64,000 bases of DNA from Blasia pusilla (taxonomy: Eukaryota), in NCBI GenBank assembly GCA_050084515.1, contig CM114271.1:11966001-12030000 (forward strand), written 5' to 3'. Shown in pieces: positions 14,126-31,400 of the stretch (positions are counted from its first letter, which is position 1; every line of letters starts with the position of its first letter). The notes below the pieces were generated by a model. It saw nothing but the letters and a program-made list of their open reading frames with translations. It was not told where the DNA came from and did no database searches. Both the position numbers and the translations under genes were made by a program.

Positions 14126-14440
14126 TAGGTAGTGATTGATTCTAACGTGTGTTTGTGACATGGATGACAAGAAGGCGACTAACGATGGGGCTACATGAGC
14201 ACCCGGCCTTTTTGCTCTTAGCGTCTTAGAGATGTATGTCATGGTAGGTAGGGATAGATGACTATTTGGAGTTAGAGGGATCTAACCATCAGCTCGGGGG
14301 GCGATTGGAGCTATTTTGTTGCTTATTATCTTCATTTTTGGATGCCATGAGTTAGCATGGGATTGTGCCTGTTTGTGTGTATGTTCGGTGACAGAAATGT
14401 ATGTTGTGTAGCAATGTGTATGCGCAAGACAGTTATGTTG

Positions 14441-14890
14441 TGTCAGGTCTGTTAGGATAGATCAATAAGATCTAGTAGAGCACCGTCGGAGATATTAGAG
14501 GAAAGCCTTGTAAGGTCGAGGATGACCTGTTGAGGGCACGGATAACTTGAAGTTTCCCCTTTATTTCGGCTCATTTGGACCCATATTAATAAACTTACTA
14601 TTTTTGGTAAGTTGCCAAATTTTTTGTATAGTTGATGTTCCACTCTGGGAAGTGGCCCTTGACCCCCTATAGCAAGTCAAGAGCCAAGGAGGTAACTTAC
14701 GAGCATAGGTTACTGTGGAGAGGGCTTGGGAGAGGGAGAGGGAAGGGGATATATCTCCAACAGGAAGAGCTTGAAAGCTCCTTCTCTCTTTGTTGAACCT
14801 CTTGGCATGAGGCGACGTAGCTATGGTCCTCCTTGCCTTGCGTGTGTAATCCAATCCAAGCCTCTCATTAAAAGAGTGGGTTTGGTTTGA

Positions 14891-14957
<67 letters not shown>

Positions 14958-15109
14958 ACATTTGTGAGACCTTGTTATGAATGAGAACCTCCTGATTTAT
15001 TGGAGATATTTTGGTACTTATTGTCTTGATGATTGGATGCCATGAGTTAGCATGGGATTGTGCGTGTCTGTGTGTATGTTTGGTGACAGCGATATATATG
15101 CGCACGATA
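14441..15109 (+). repeat. LTR-like family unit (A-B) containing (GA)n
   Basis: Starts tgtc...taggatagatc...gatctagtagag and ends tgcgcacgata. Homologous to 49942-50566 and 52967-53450. (GA)n at ~14894-14956. Confidence 0.65.
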
Positions 15110-15519
15110 TGCTCCTTGCCTTGTAAGTAATCCCATCCTCTCACCATAAGAGTGGGTTTGATTTGACAAGAAAGAAAGAAAGAGGGTGCATGAGAGCCAA
15201 GCAATCCTTTAAGTGTTGCCTGAAATTTTTCATCTATTTTATTGGAGATATTTTGGTGATAGCTTGCCTCTGTGATTATATTCAATAGATGATTGACTTA
15301 AGCTAGTTGTCGTCTGTGTTGATTAGTGACAGCGATGTACGTTATGTAACGATGTACGTTGTATAACGATGTTTATGCGTACAACACTCTTTATGATCTC
15401 TCATATAGCTCACGCATATCTCTTGACGTTCTTCAAGTGTTAGACCATAAAATATCGATGACCTCTATTTGCGTTGAATGAAGTTTTCTATTATTAGATT
15501 TTATAATTTAGAGCACGTG

Positions 15520-21029
<5,510 letters not shown>

Positions 21030-21370
21030 CATACGACTTAAATATATTAAGAGATGGCTTGAATATCCGACCGTAAGAGATATGCATCCTCGTGCAACGA
21101 CATCCCACACCCAAGGACAAGATTTGAGCATAAAGGAAATTATCGATTCGGTTGTCCGACCCTGCAAACTGATTTGGGGACACCGTATTGCTTGTTTTGT
21201 GGCTCCTTGTTTGAAGATTAGTTTGAGTGCCCTTCGGGTACAATCTCTATTTCTTAAGAGGTTTAGGTGATGGAATCATGGGGGGGACCATATCTTTGAT
21301 TACTTTGCGAGTTAGAAATGTCTCAACCTTAGTCTTCCTCATCTCCCTAGTTTCTCATGGTGTCTTAGTT

Positions 21371-21480
21371 CCTCAACTCTCTAGTTTCTCATGGTGAATG
21401 ATTCCTCATTAGTTTAATGATCCTATGTGAAGATTTCACATTTGAGGAATCATTCACTATGAGAAACTAGAGAGTTGAGG
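21371..21480. repeat. Near-perfect inverted repeat (38-bp arms, 1 mismatch, 34-nt spacer)
   Basis: cctcaactctctagtttctcatggtgaatgattcctca (21371-21408) versus tgaggaatcattcactatgagaaactagagagttgagg (21443-21480). Confidence 0.9.
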
Positions 21481-22410
21481 ACAAGGGCTTTGAATCTATA
21501 AGCCCTTTTAAAGGGCTCAACTTTGCAAAGTTTTTATAGTTGAAGCCCTTTAAAAACTTTGCAGCTCTATCCAAAGTTTAAACCCTATACTAGGACATTA
21601 ATATTCAGACTTGCTTAGAGATGAAATATGTAGTGGCACCAACCTTTCCGTCGTCAACCTAGAACTCCTTCACAATACACGATCCTTCCTATTAACTCCA
21701 CAAACTGCTCAAGTCCCAACAGTTGAAGTACTAAAAGTTCACCCTACAAAGCAAGGGTCCCTCCTAGGATGTTACGGGCCTCCTTAATTCTAATGGATCT
21801 ACCAAGCCCTCTTGTAAGAGATAACCTTTCGCATACAAACCAACAAAGGATTGATCCAAACTCTCAAATCCATGTCCGACGTCCTGAGTGAAGTATGAAA
21901 GGCAGACGAACCAAGTTCCTGCTTGGGCAAGAATCATGTCATCTTCCCTTGCAGGTTTAAAGAAAAGGCTCTACATGACACCAAACCGCAATGTCTAAGC
22001 TCAATATTCATTCCAGGAACCCTAAATGACGTTTGTTCACATTGATCAAACAGAAAACATCTCTTAGACATAAGTCCCACAGAATGAATATAAACTCAAA
22101 GACACATCCAAATGAATATAAGAGGAAAGATTTCAAGGTGGAGAATGTATTGAGATAGGCCCACACACGAGTAAGCTTCTGTTTCTAAAAATTGATTTGA
22201 TATACAGTTAGGGAGTCATTTCCTAGTCAATAATTCCGGATCTGTACCTTTTGTGAAGTTCAGGTGCACCAAACACCTCAACTATGAGTTTATGTTGGAC
22301 TCAAATTTGCTTTATCAACACATCCTTCTGCAGGAGTACACAGAACTTAAGTTATCATTTTAAATGTGAATGGAACACAGGAGGACATCTGGGCTCTTGC
22401 AAGTCGCATG

Positions 22411-24321
22411 TTACCTCTTGACCTTCTTTATAGGAAGTAGGTAAGTGAGCATTCTTGGCATGGGAAGAGGGGTGAGTGATTTCTTCCTCTTCTTTTTCTT
22501 CTTCTTACTGCCTACATCTCTCTCTGCTCCAACTTCTCCACCATTTGCATGACTGTCACCGTTCCCGTGCTGCACTTGTGAATCATCTCGTGCCCGAGTC
22601 TTTGAGCTATCGCTCTTCTCACTGGTGATGTCCACACCCACAGAATCTTCTTTCTTAGAGTAGTCGGATCTGACCATCTTTAACTTGGTAGGAGCGTCTT
22701 CACCTTTCAAAGCTTTCTTCATCCTTCCCTTCTTGCTCAGGCGGGGCACTGGCCCACGGGGCTTCCATTCTTCTGCAGTATATGGAGCCAACTTCTTTAA
22801 AGAGACAAACTGGTTTAGTTCCTTGTCATCCAGACCAAGAATCTCCTTTGTTTTCAAGCCATACTTATTAGGGTTTACTTGGGTATACTTGAACCTTGTC
22901 GGCAAATCACCAATCACATCTTCATAATCCAGTTTATAGTACTCCTCCAAATGCTTATCAATCATGAGCTTCTCCTCAAACGGAACTTTCACTTTAAGAC
23001 GAAGTTTGGGAGCCTGGGCTAACTTGGCTTTTGCAGCTGCAAACCCTGCTGACTCCTCTGGTTCAATACCCACAAGCTCATCTTCTGCATCAAAATCAGA
23101 TTTCTCCAAGTCATCATCCTCGCCATCAATAAAATCAGGATCCTCAGCCCCATAATACTCTTCCCCAAAAGCCTCTTTCATCTTCTTATCGTATTCTAAA
23201 GGATCAAAATCCTCCTCTAGATCGTCTTCACCTAAGACTTCAGCCCCAGCGCCAACACCTGCTATTTTCCGAATTTTCGAAAGCTTTTCTAGAATTTCAC
23301 TCTTCTTCACGTTCTTTAACCGCTTCAAATCCTCCTGCCTACTTCGCTCCTCCTCCAGCTGACGATCTTTCTTACTCTCCCGCTGCTTCTTTCTTGTCTC
23401 TGGCTTCTTGCGAACTGAATCGTCTATAATCCTTGAGTGACCTTTGACGTAGGTATTGTCCCCTTCTTGAAACCGGAAATTGTAATCCGCCTCATACTTA
23501 TCTTGCTTGTTCAATTCTTCTTCATCTTCACTGATGATCCCAAGATCATCTGGGGATTTTGGAAAGCGCTTACGATCTTCGTCAATCCAGCCCTTGTTAA
23601 GAAGATACTCCTTCAGGAACCTATCACTGTCATTTAGATCGACATCTTTGCCAAAGTACTCTTCCAGCTTTTTCGCTACGCCGGCATCTTTCTGACGTAG
23701 CTCTGCCTCTGCGACAGCTTCTTCAATTTCCTTCTTTTCTCTGTCTAGCTCCTCTTTCGTCCTTTTCTTCACTACAAGAAGTTCATCCCCATCTTCTCCA
23801 TCGGCCTCTCTGACACCTTTCAGAAAAGCCCTTTTCAACTCCTCTTGCTCAGTGAAGTAGTTCTTAGGAGGCTTGGACTTCACCAATTCGTCTTCATCCT
23901 CCTCTGCACTTCCATCCAGCAACTGACGAGCATTTACATCCTTCAAGTACAACGGCTTTTGCTTCTTCGGCTTCACCTCCAATTTCTCCTCCTCGCTGTC
24001 TTCATCATCGTCAGCGTCGTCGAAGAATTTTGTTTCCGCGGAGTAAATGCTGGGGTCACGCTTCTTAATCTTGGCAAGAGTTTCGAAAATCTTCTCTTCT
24101 GTACGAACAGGAAGCAGTCCATCGTCATCCTCCTCTTCAGACGAAGAATCATCTGAATCATTCGCAAGTCCCCTCTTTTCGAGCTCTTGAAGTCGATGCG
24201 AATCTTCTCGCCTCTTGTTGTGCTCCAAGAGTTTGGCGTAAGCTTCGTTCACCCGTAACTGCGGTGCAACCTCGTGGTCTCCTTCATCGTCATCCAAAAG
24301 TGTCCTCCGCCCGGCCGCCAT
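22411..24321 (-). CDS. KRI1: KRI1 homolog (KRR1-interacting protein, 40S ribosome biogenesis), intronless, ~636 aa
   Basis: Intact ORF from the ATG at 24321 (MAAGRR...). Motifs VNEAYAKLLEHNKRRE, FLKEYLLNKGW, YNFRFQE, DDSVRK, YYKLDYEDVIGDLPTRFKY, ELNQFVSLKKLAPY (Kri1 and Kri1_C). Confidence 0.92.
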   Translation of the reverse strand: MAAGRRTLLDDDEGDHEVAPQLRVNEAYAKLLEHNKRREDSHRLQELEKRGLANDSDDSSSEEEDDDGLLPVRTEEKIFETLAKIKKRDPSIYSAETKFFDDADDDEDSEEEKLEVKPKKQKPLYLKDVNARQLLDGSAEEDEDELVKSKPPKNYFTEQEELKRAFLKGVREADGEDGDELLVVKKRTKEELDREKKEIEEAVAEAELRQKDAGVAKKLEEYFGKDVDLNDSDRFLKEYLLNKGWIDEDRKRFPKSPDDLGIISEDEEELNKQDKYEADYNFRFQEGDNTYVKGHSRIIDDSVRKKPETRKKQRESKKDRQLEEERSRQEDLKRLKNVKKSEILEKLSKIRKIAGVGAGAEVLGEDDLEEDFDPLEYDKKMKEAFGEEYYGAEDPDFIDGEDDDLEKSDFDAEDELVGIEPEESAGFAAAKAKLAQAPKLRLKVKVPFEEKLMIDKHLEEYYKLDYEDVIGDLPTRFKYTQVNPNKYGLKTKEILGLDDKELNQFVSLKKLAPYTAEEWKPRGPVPRLSKKGRMKKALKGEDAPTKLKMVRSDYSKKEDSVGVDITSEKSDSSKTRARDDSQVQHGNGDSHANGGEVGAERDVGSKKKKKKRKKSLTPLPMPRMLTYLLPIKKVKR

Positions 24322-24825
24322 ACAGCGATTCAACTTCGAAATCCCGACTGTAATGCAATAAAGATTCACACAGCTCAAAGAAGTCTAGCGGCCACTCATT
24401 GAATCGTGTAGATAGACGGGCAAAAACCGGGATTACTTATCACTAGGCCACCCCACCATCCTACAGGTGCTGCGAAGGAGCGAAGAGATTTAATCACATG
24501 TAGAGAAAGGTAAGGACTCCAGTACCAGAAGAGAAACAACAGACCTTCACCGCCAACGAGAACTCTTCGCGCTGTTGTAGATTGCGACGCAAGTACAAGG
24601 GATCCCACAGCAAGTAGCGAAGAAAGAGACCTTCATGGGCAGTGAGCTTTGAAGTAATCACTCTGATCCACTTGGAGATAACAATGATCGAAGAAACCTG
24701 ACTACACACAATCGGTACGCACTTCCAAACAAAGACGAAAATCAAGAGTGGGAAAGAAGTGACATACGAAGCTTCACTTGGACGGGGTCGGCAGGTGGTC
24801 CAAAAGATCAAAGGATGCGAGAACA

Positions 24826-24837
24826 CCTAACCCTAAA
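24826..24837. promoter_or_regulatory. Telo-box-like motif upstream of KRI1
   Basis: cctaaccctaaa ~500 bp upstream of the ATG. Telo-boxes are common in plant ribosome-biogenesis genes. Confidence 0.3.
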
Positions 24838-25069
24838 GTGCAGGATCTAAGAATTGTTGTGGTCAAAATCTAACTTCTTAGCTCTACATCTCTTGTATTT
24901 TTTCTCCGACTACTCCATCTATACTATTGTGGGAGAACCCGTTCTCATAAGTGCAACCAGCCAGGCTTTTGCCAAATGAGGAGATCGACAAATTGGCTTA
25001 TGATGTCTGTTTTCTCATAGCCGTTGGGTGATGCATTTTAGGGTTTAGGGTTATCCGCCGCTTGAGGCT

Positions 25070-25210
25070 TTTTATGCGAGTTGTCAATTTTTTGCCCTTA
25101 GGACAGTTAAGATCTTCAGGAAAAGGGACGTCCGTAGATTTTATGCGAGTTTTCAAATTTTCGTCCTTATGAGAGTTAAGATCTTCGGGAGAAGGGACGT
25201 CCGTTGATTT
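25070..25210 (+). repeat. Two direct repeats (~68 bp) near the Helitron 5' end
   Basis: ttttatgcgagtt...agttaagatcttc...aagggacgtccgt occurs twice. Confidence 0.7.
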
Positions 25211-25524
25211 AAATGACCGCTCACTTAGTCAAAAGCTTGCGAGAGGGATCAAGACGATATGTTCAGGTTTCAAACATACGAGGAGCATTGTATTTATTGC
25301 TTTACAGAGATTAGAACTCCCCATTGTGCTCTCGACAATCAGGTGACGTCAATCAATTTACTTGCTTTATTTTCACAGACCGTTGAGGCGTGCATTCTGA
25401 GGTTTACTATCATTGGTATGAATAGAATATTACAAGTAATGCAATAGATTCCGAACTCTACCTCTAGCAATACACACGATAACATTCTAATGTTTGTATG
25501 CTTCCTACAATCCATGTAGTGCTA

Positions 25525-25925
25525 CATCGACTTCAGGTTCTGATTCAACTCCTGCTATCTCCTCCCGATTCAGCAGGACCAACTTTGAGCCCAGCTCCGA
25601 CTTCGGTTGCAGCTCTAGCGGCTCCCGAGCACGGTTACTACTCGACTCAGCTCCAACTCTGTCTTTGTCTCCCGCTCCACCTCCAACCGCAGCTCAGGCA
25701 GCTCCCTAGCACGCTCTCTACTCGACTTCAGGTTTTTATTTGATTTGTTGTCTCCTCTCGATTCATCAGCTCCAACTTTGAGCCCAGCTACAACTCCATC
25801 TATCTGCTCGGCTCCGACTTGGTGCGGTATGGCGGCTCGAGCACGGTTACTACTCGACTCAGCTCCAGCTCTGTCTCCCGCTCCACCTCCGACCGCGGCT
25901 CCAACAGCTCCCTAGCACGCGCTCG
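25525..25925 (+). repeat. Two ~200-240-bp direct repeats (ctcc-rich) inside the Helitron
   Basis: cgagcacggttactactcgactcagctcca...agctccctagcacgc occurs twice. Confidence 0.7.
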
Positions 25926-28057
25926 GACCACGGCCGATCACGGGCCGAAGTGCAAAACCAAATCTGACCAACCGAACATGGCAACCCAACAGTCCACAAA
26001 GACACAAGTCAACACAAGGGAAGGGGAAGAGTGTGTCTAAGGCAACTACTTCCAAAAATCATTATGGTATAAAGTCACCTGATGTTGAACCATTGGAAAG
26101 CTCCAAGTGGTCCCCCATATCTGGAGAGGAAGTCATGCGCTTGAATAAGTGGAAAAAGTCTCATTTCCAAGCAGTCCTTGGGGAGAGAGACTCACTCCCG
26201 AACATGCTCCAGGCTTCGAAGGTGGGATAAAGGATTCCCTTCCTGCTAGAGCACACCCTGCGTTGTCAGACAAGGGGTATCATCCTCAACCAATTGAAGG
26301 TTTGGGAAACGACATTTTAAGTGCAGTCCAGGGGACGCCCCCATATCGACTTAGAAGGATCAGTAACGAGAGGGTCAACACGAACGAGAGGGGATCTGCA
26401 AAGAAACGGCAGAGATCTCCGAACCTCAATGTAAAACAACATCACTCGGAGTCTCATAGGACATCCCCTATTCATGTAGATAGACCTACTATATGCGTCT
26501 CAGAACCACGGGAGATGAACAAGTCACCTCAGAGAGCACCAACTGGAAAGAGTGTGGTAGTTAATATACATATATTTGGAGATGACCTTCGTAGCTAGGA
26601 GAGAAAGAGTTTGCGGATGAATCATCTATTGCAAATGACACATGTAATGCTATCTTTGAGAAGCAAGAAATTTATGGAAGTTGTGATATTCCATGTATGA
26701 ATTTGTGTCAGAAGACTCTCCCTCCCTAGCTATCACTACTCAACTCAAGTATTGTTGACTATGACAAATGTCTCGAACGGAGACATTTTCGAAGGGCGGC
26801 CGGATTGGTAGTAGTAAAAACTGGATCCAACAAGGAAACAATGGGGTTGCCTTAGAACTTGCTGCGAGATGGAGGGCCACCAACGGAGGTGGAATGAACA
26901 AGCAGGTTGTCCCGCACCTTATTGCATCCAAGGAGCCGTAGACTTGGTGCATCAGAAATGTAGGACCGAACCCAAACCGCGCGCATGAGAAGAACTGTCT
27001 GCAAGGCGCGGAGATTAAATCAGGATGCAAAGAAAACAACACCAAGCCAAGATCACTAAGATAGCTCGGCCTCTTTCGACAACAAGGACGATGCAGAGCA
27101 GGTGCAAGGAGGCACCAGCAAGCAAATTGTATTCAAACTCGCCAACTAAACAACACTCGAGAATTATGTGCACAAGACCCTAATCAGCCAGTCAAACAAC
27201 AACACTCGAGAACCATCCGGTCAAGCGGCACTTCCGAGTGAGAGCAAACAGTGTCGAGCAAGTGTTTGATGCAGTATTGCACAGCCAAGTGAGAGCGGAG
27301 CCCGTGAGGATTACAACGAGGTTGAACCATCCGAGCAGAAGACCAAAGACAGGAGAACCAGCAATGCTGCACAGCCGAGTGATGCACAACCGAGTGAGAG
27401 CAGAGTCCTTTAGGAGAAGTGTGGAGCCCGTGAGGCTTTGAGCAGAAGACCAAAGATGAAACCTGGAACGCTGCACAACCGTGTGAGAGCGGAGTCCGTG
27501 AGGAGAAGTGCGGAGCCCGTGAGGCTCAGGGCGAGGTTGTGAGGGGCGAGTGGGCGGGAATAAGGAAGTGAGTGTTGCAAGGGAGAGGGTAGTCAGGGGG
27601 AGACGCGTCCCCATAGAATCGGGGAAGGGGGGAAGGGAGCGGGGGCGGCCATGCCTCAGACGCTGGCCGTTTGATTTAAGATCGAACGGTCTAACAATGA
27701 TCGCGCAGGCTTATGATCGCAGTAGGGGGGAAGGGGGTGAGGGGCGGCCGTTCGATTAATAATCTAACGGTCCACAAAAAGTGGACCGTTAGGTGTGGGC
27801 CTTATGCCAGGTTCGATTAATAATCTAGAGGCGGTGCCAACTGCGGGTAGGGTTGGATAAATGTTAGGTTTGGGATAGGTTGAGTAGTAGGTTCGGGATA
27901 GGTTCAGCAGGTTTTTTTCCTGAATTTTTTTTCCGAATTTCCTTTCTCCTTTTTTGCCTCTTCCCACCAAATTTTTTTCATATTTTTTCAATTTTTCTTA
28001 AACATCCCAACTAAAATAACTTTATATTTTTTTCCTTTTAAAAACAATTTTTATTTT

Positions 28058-28400
28058 CTCATTCTCATTCTCTTAAAATTTTTCTTTTAAAATATTCCTC
28101 TAAAATTGGTTTATGTCTAGCTCGCAACTTTTTCATTCTCTTTCTCTTTTCTTTTTTGCTCTTTACGTTATTTCCTTATCCAATCTATTTTTTCCTCAAT
28201 TTTCCCATTTAATTTTCATCATCGTCTTCTCATTCTCATCCTCTTAAAATTTTTCTTTTAAAATCTTCCTCTAAAATTGGTTTATGTCTAGCTCGCAACT
28301 TTTTCATTCTCTTTCTCTCTCTTTTTTTGCTCTTTACATTATTTCCTTATCCAATCTAATTTTTTCCTCATTCTTCCCATTTAATTTTCATCATTGTCTT
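28058..28400 (+). repeat. Two ~170-bp AT-rich direct repeats upstream of RepHel
   Basis: ctctaaaattggtttatgtctagctcgcaactttttcattctc occurs twice (~28099 and ~28269). Confidence 0.8.
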
Positions 28401-31400
28401 TTCATCATCATTTTTTTTTTCCAATTTTGAATAAGTAGTTTTGTGGTGTGTAATGTAGATGGCGAGTGGAGGTGGATTATCATTGAACGTGGAGAGACGG
28501 CCCCTAGGAATTATCACAAATATACCGATTCTACAACAAAATTCAGGGAGACAATTCGAAGAATTGAAGAACACCTCTCCGATGTAAGCACCTTTCTTTA
28601 GGAGAACAATGGAAGCAACGTATTTCCATTTCTGCAATACGCCTTACATCCCATGTTTTGTATGTATATACTAAAATGATACAATCTTGGATTTTTTGCA
28701 TAGACTTCCTATTCCATCAAATCCGACACATTTGCGTGACTTCCAAAAATTGATGCGTGTGAACGCACAACAAAAAAGGCGTGCACGTCGCAAGGAAATA
28801 TTAGCTCAAAAAGCACATGTTGAAGATGAATTCCTTCCCGAAACATCTCCAACGTAAGTTTGCAAAATTGACAATCATTTAACATGTCCACATTTCCACC
28901 CTTCATAATCTTCACTTTTAATTTAAGTTAGTGCATTGCTCTTAACATTTCTGTATTGTTTCAAACTTCCTATTCCATTGAATCCTATGGATGTACGTGA
29001 TTTTCGGAAGGTTCTACGCGGCGAGGCCCAAAAATGAAAACGTGCTATTCGTGCTGATAAAATGGAAGCCTTCAAAAAAGAAAAGAGGTGTTATTATCGA
29101 GAGTATAGAAAAAGAAGGAAAGCGGTTCATGGTCAAGTTGAGACTCTGATGGTAGTTCAAAGTATTCCAACTACTCCAAATGAAGAGCTTATGGCCATTG
29201 GTAGTCAATCCATGAGGTACATATCTAACTTCTTACATCCTTGCTAAAAATCTTTGATTGTTTATTTTTTATTTGTATGTATTATGTAATATATTGATGT
29301 TTTCTCAAGCCTTTTAATGAGGATGGAGGAATGGTAGGAGAAAATCAAGAATTTCATCTTCCATCCACATATTGGATACATGCATCACCAAGACGAGAGT
29401 TACGTGATAGTGCACTCCATGAAGTTGTTGAAAATATATCTACGACAAGGCCAACTACTTATGTGATACCAGAAGTTGAGTTACCTATCACTCTTCCAAT
29501 TCTGTTTCAACATGAAGTTGTTGAGAATTCTTCGACTCTTCCCCGTTCCGAGGATGAAGCAAGGTCAAGAGTGGATCCTTTGTCTTCTACCATTAATGGA
29601 GTTGTGTTATCTCCAGAAAGTGCCACTATACAAAATGCTTCTAGGATTCCTCCGTTGTCTGTTGTTGATAGTGTTGTAAGATTAAATACATTATTGAATC
29701 TTGCAAGAAGATCAAATTTCCAAGAAAATGATATTAGGAAGTTGAGATTACAGAGGAGTTTGAATCGTATCAGCGGTCGTCATACATTGGGTTATATGAC
29801 AGAGATATGCCCATCATGCCATGCTTTACATTGAAAATGTGAAAGGGTGAAAGGCTTAAAGATTAGTGACTCACCATATGGCATGTGTTGTGGCCATGGG
29901 AGAATACATTTACCCCTCTTGAAATCGTTTCCTCCATTCTTGAAATCCTTGATTTCAAGTGTTGGTCCTAGAAGTCTTCATTTTCTTACACATGCTAGAG
30001 CTTACAATTCTACGCTTCAACTTGCCTCTATTGGAGTGCATGTAAATGAACAAATAGGTGGCACGGGATACTTTAGGGTCCAAGGCGGGATTTATCATTC
30101 TATTGGATCCTTACATCCTGATATGGGGGGTCATTCCCAATTTGCTCAACTCTATATCCATGATACCGCAAATGAATTGGAGAATCATGAAAGAGTTATG
30201 TCTAAATCTTCTGATCTTAATATAGATATTTTGAGAGGGCTATAAGACATGTTACATGAATGCAACCCATATGTGAAGATCTTTCGTCATATGGCATATG
30301 AAGCAACTGACCTTAATATGTATATCATCCTCAAGGCAAGTAAGAGAGGTCTCGATGCTAAGCGTTATAATTTACCAATGGCTTTTGAGGTTGCGGCTAT
30401 ATTTCCAGGTGATGGTAGTGAACATGTTGACCGTCGTGATATAATTGTACGACTACTTGGAGGAGGAGTGAAGCATATATCAGACCTCAATCAAGCATAT
30501 ATTCCACTACATTTTGTTCTACTATTTATCTATGGTGAAGGAGGTTGGCATCCTGGAATACCCTACGGGAGGATTGAAGGTCATAGAGAATCCCAACAAT
30601 TGGGCCGGATTATTCATGAGGACGGACACGTGGAACCTTTAGAAGATTGGATGGATGAGGAAAGAGTTGATGGTGATATTTTTGAGGAAAGAAAAACAAA
30701 GAGTGTTACGGTCTTGCAATTTGCATGTTTTCGACTTCAAACGCAGATTTGAGGCAAAGATGACAATCGATTATTGCGGTTTGGTCGACTTACTCAAGAA
30801 TATATGGTTGACCTCTATGTAACTCTAGAGATGCAACGATTATCATGGGTTCGCTTGAATCAAAAGGAGTTAAGGGCTGAATTATATCAAGGTGTAAAGG
30901 ATGCCATGCATCGACATGATGTGGATAGTCGAAGGGTTGGGAGGAGCATTATATTACCTTCTTCTTTTACTAGAGGGTCGCGTCACATGCATCAATTGTA
31001 TCAAGATGCAATGGCAACTATAAGACATTTGGGGAAGCCGGACTACTTTTTGACTATGACATGCAATCCAAAGTGGGAGGAGATTACATCAGCCTTATTA
31101 CTTGGTCAATCGAGTGCGGACCGCCCCAATTTGGTCGTACGGGTTTTTGAGAAGAAAAAGAAAGAGTTATTAAGGCTTATCATCAAGAAACGGATATTGG
31201 GACGAGTTGCAGGATGCATCCATGTGGTGGAATTCCAAAAAAGAGGTTTGTCGCATGTGCACGTTCTTATTATATTAGGATGGGAGGATAAACCACGTAC
31301 CACTCATGATTATGATCGTATTATTTCAGCAGAAATCCGTGAGCAATCTACCCATCTAAGGTTGTATTCTACTGTTGCTAATTGGATAATTCATGGGCCA

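Noticed and set aside
24322-24378. N-terminal extension of the KRI1 ORF in the supplied track
   Set aside because: It begins at a non-ATG codon; the first ATG is at 24321.
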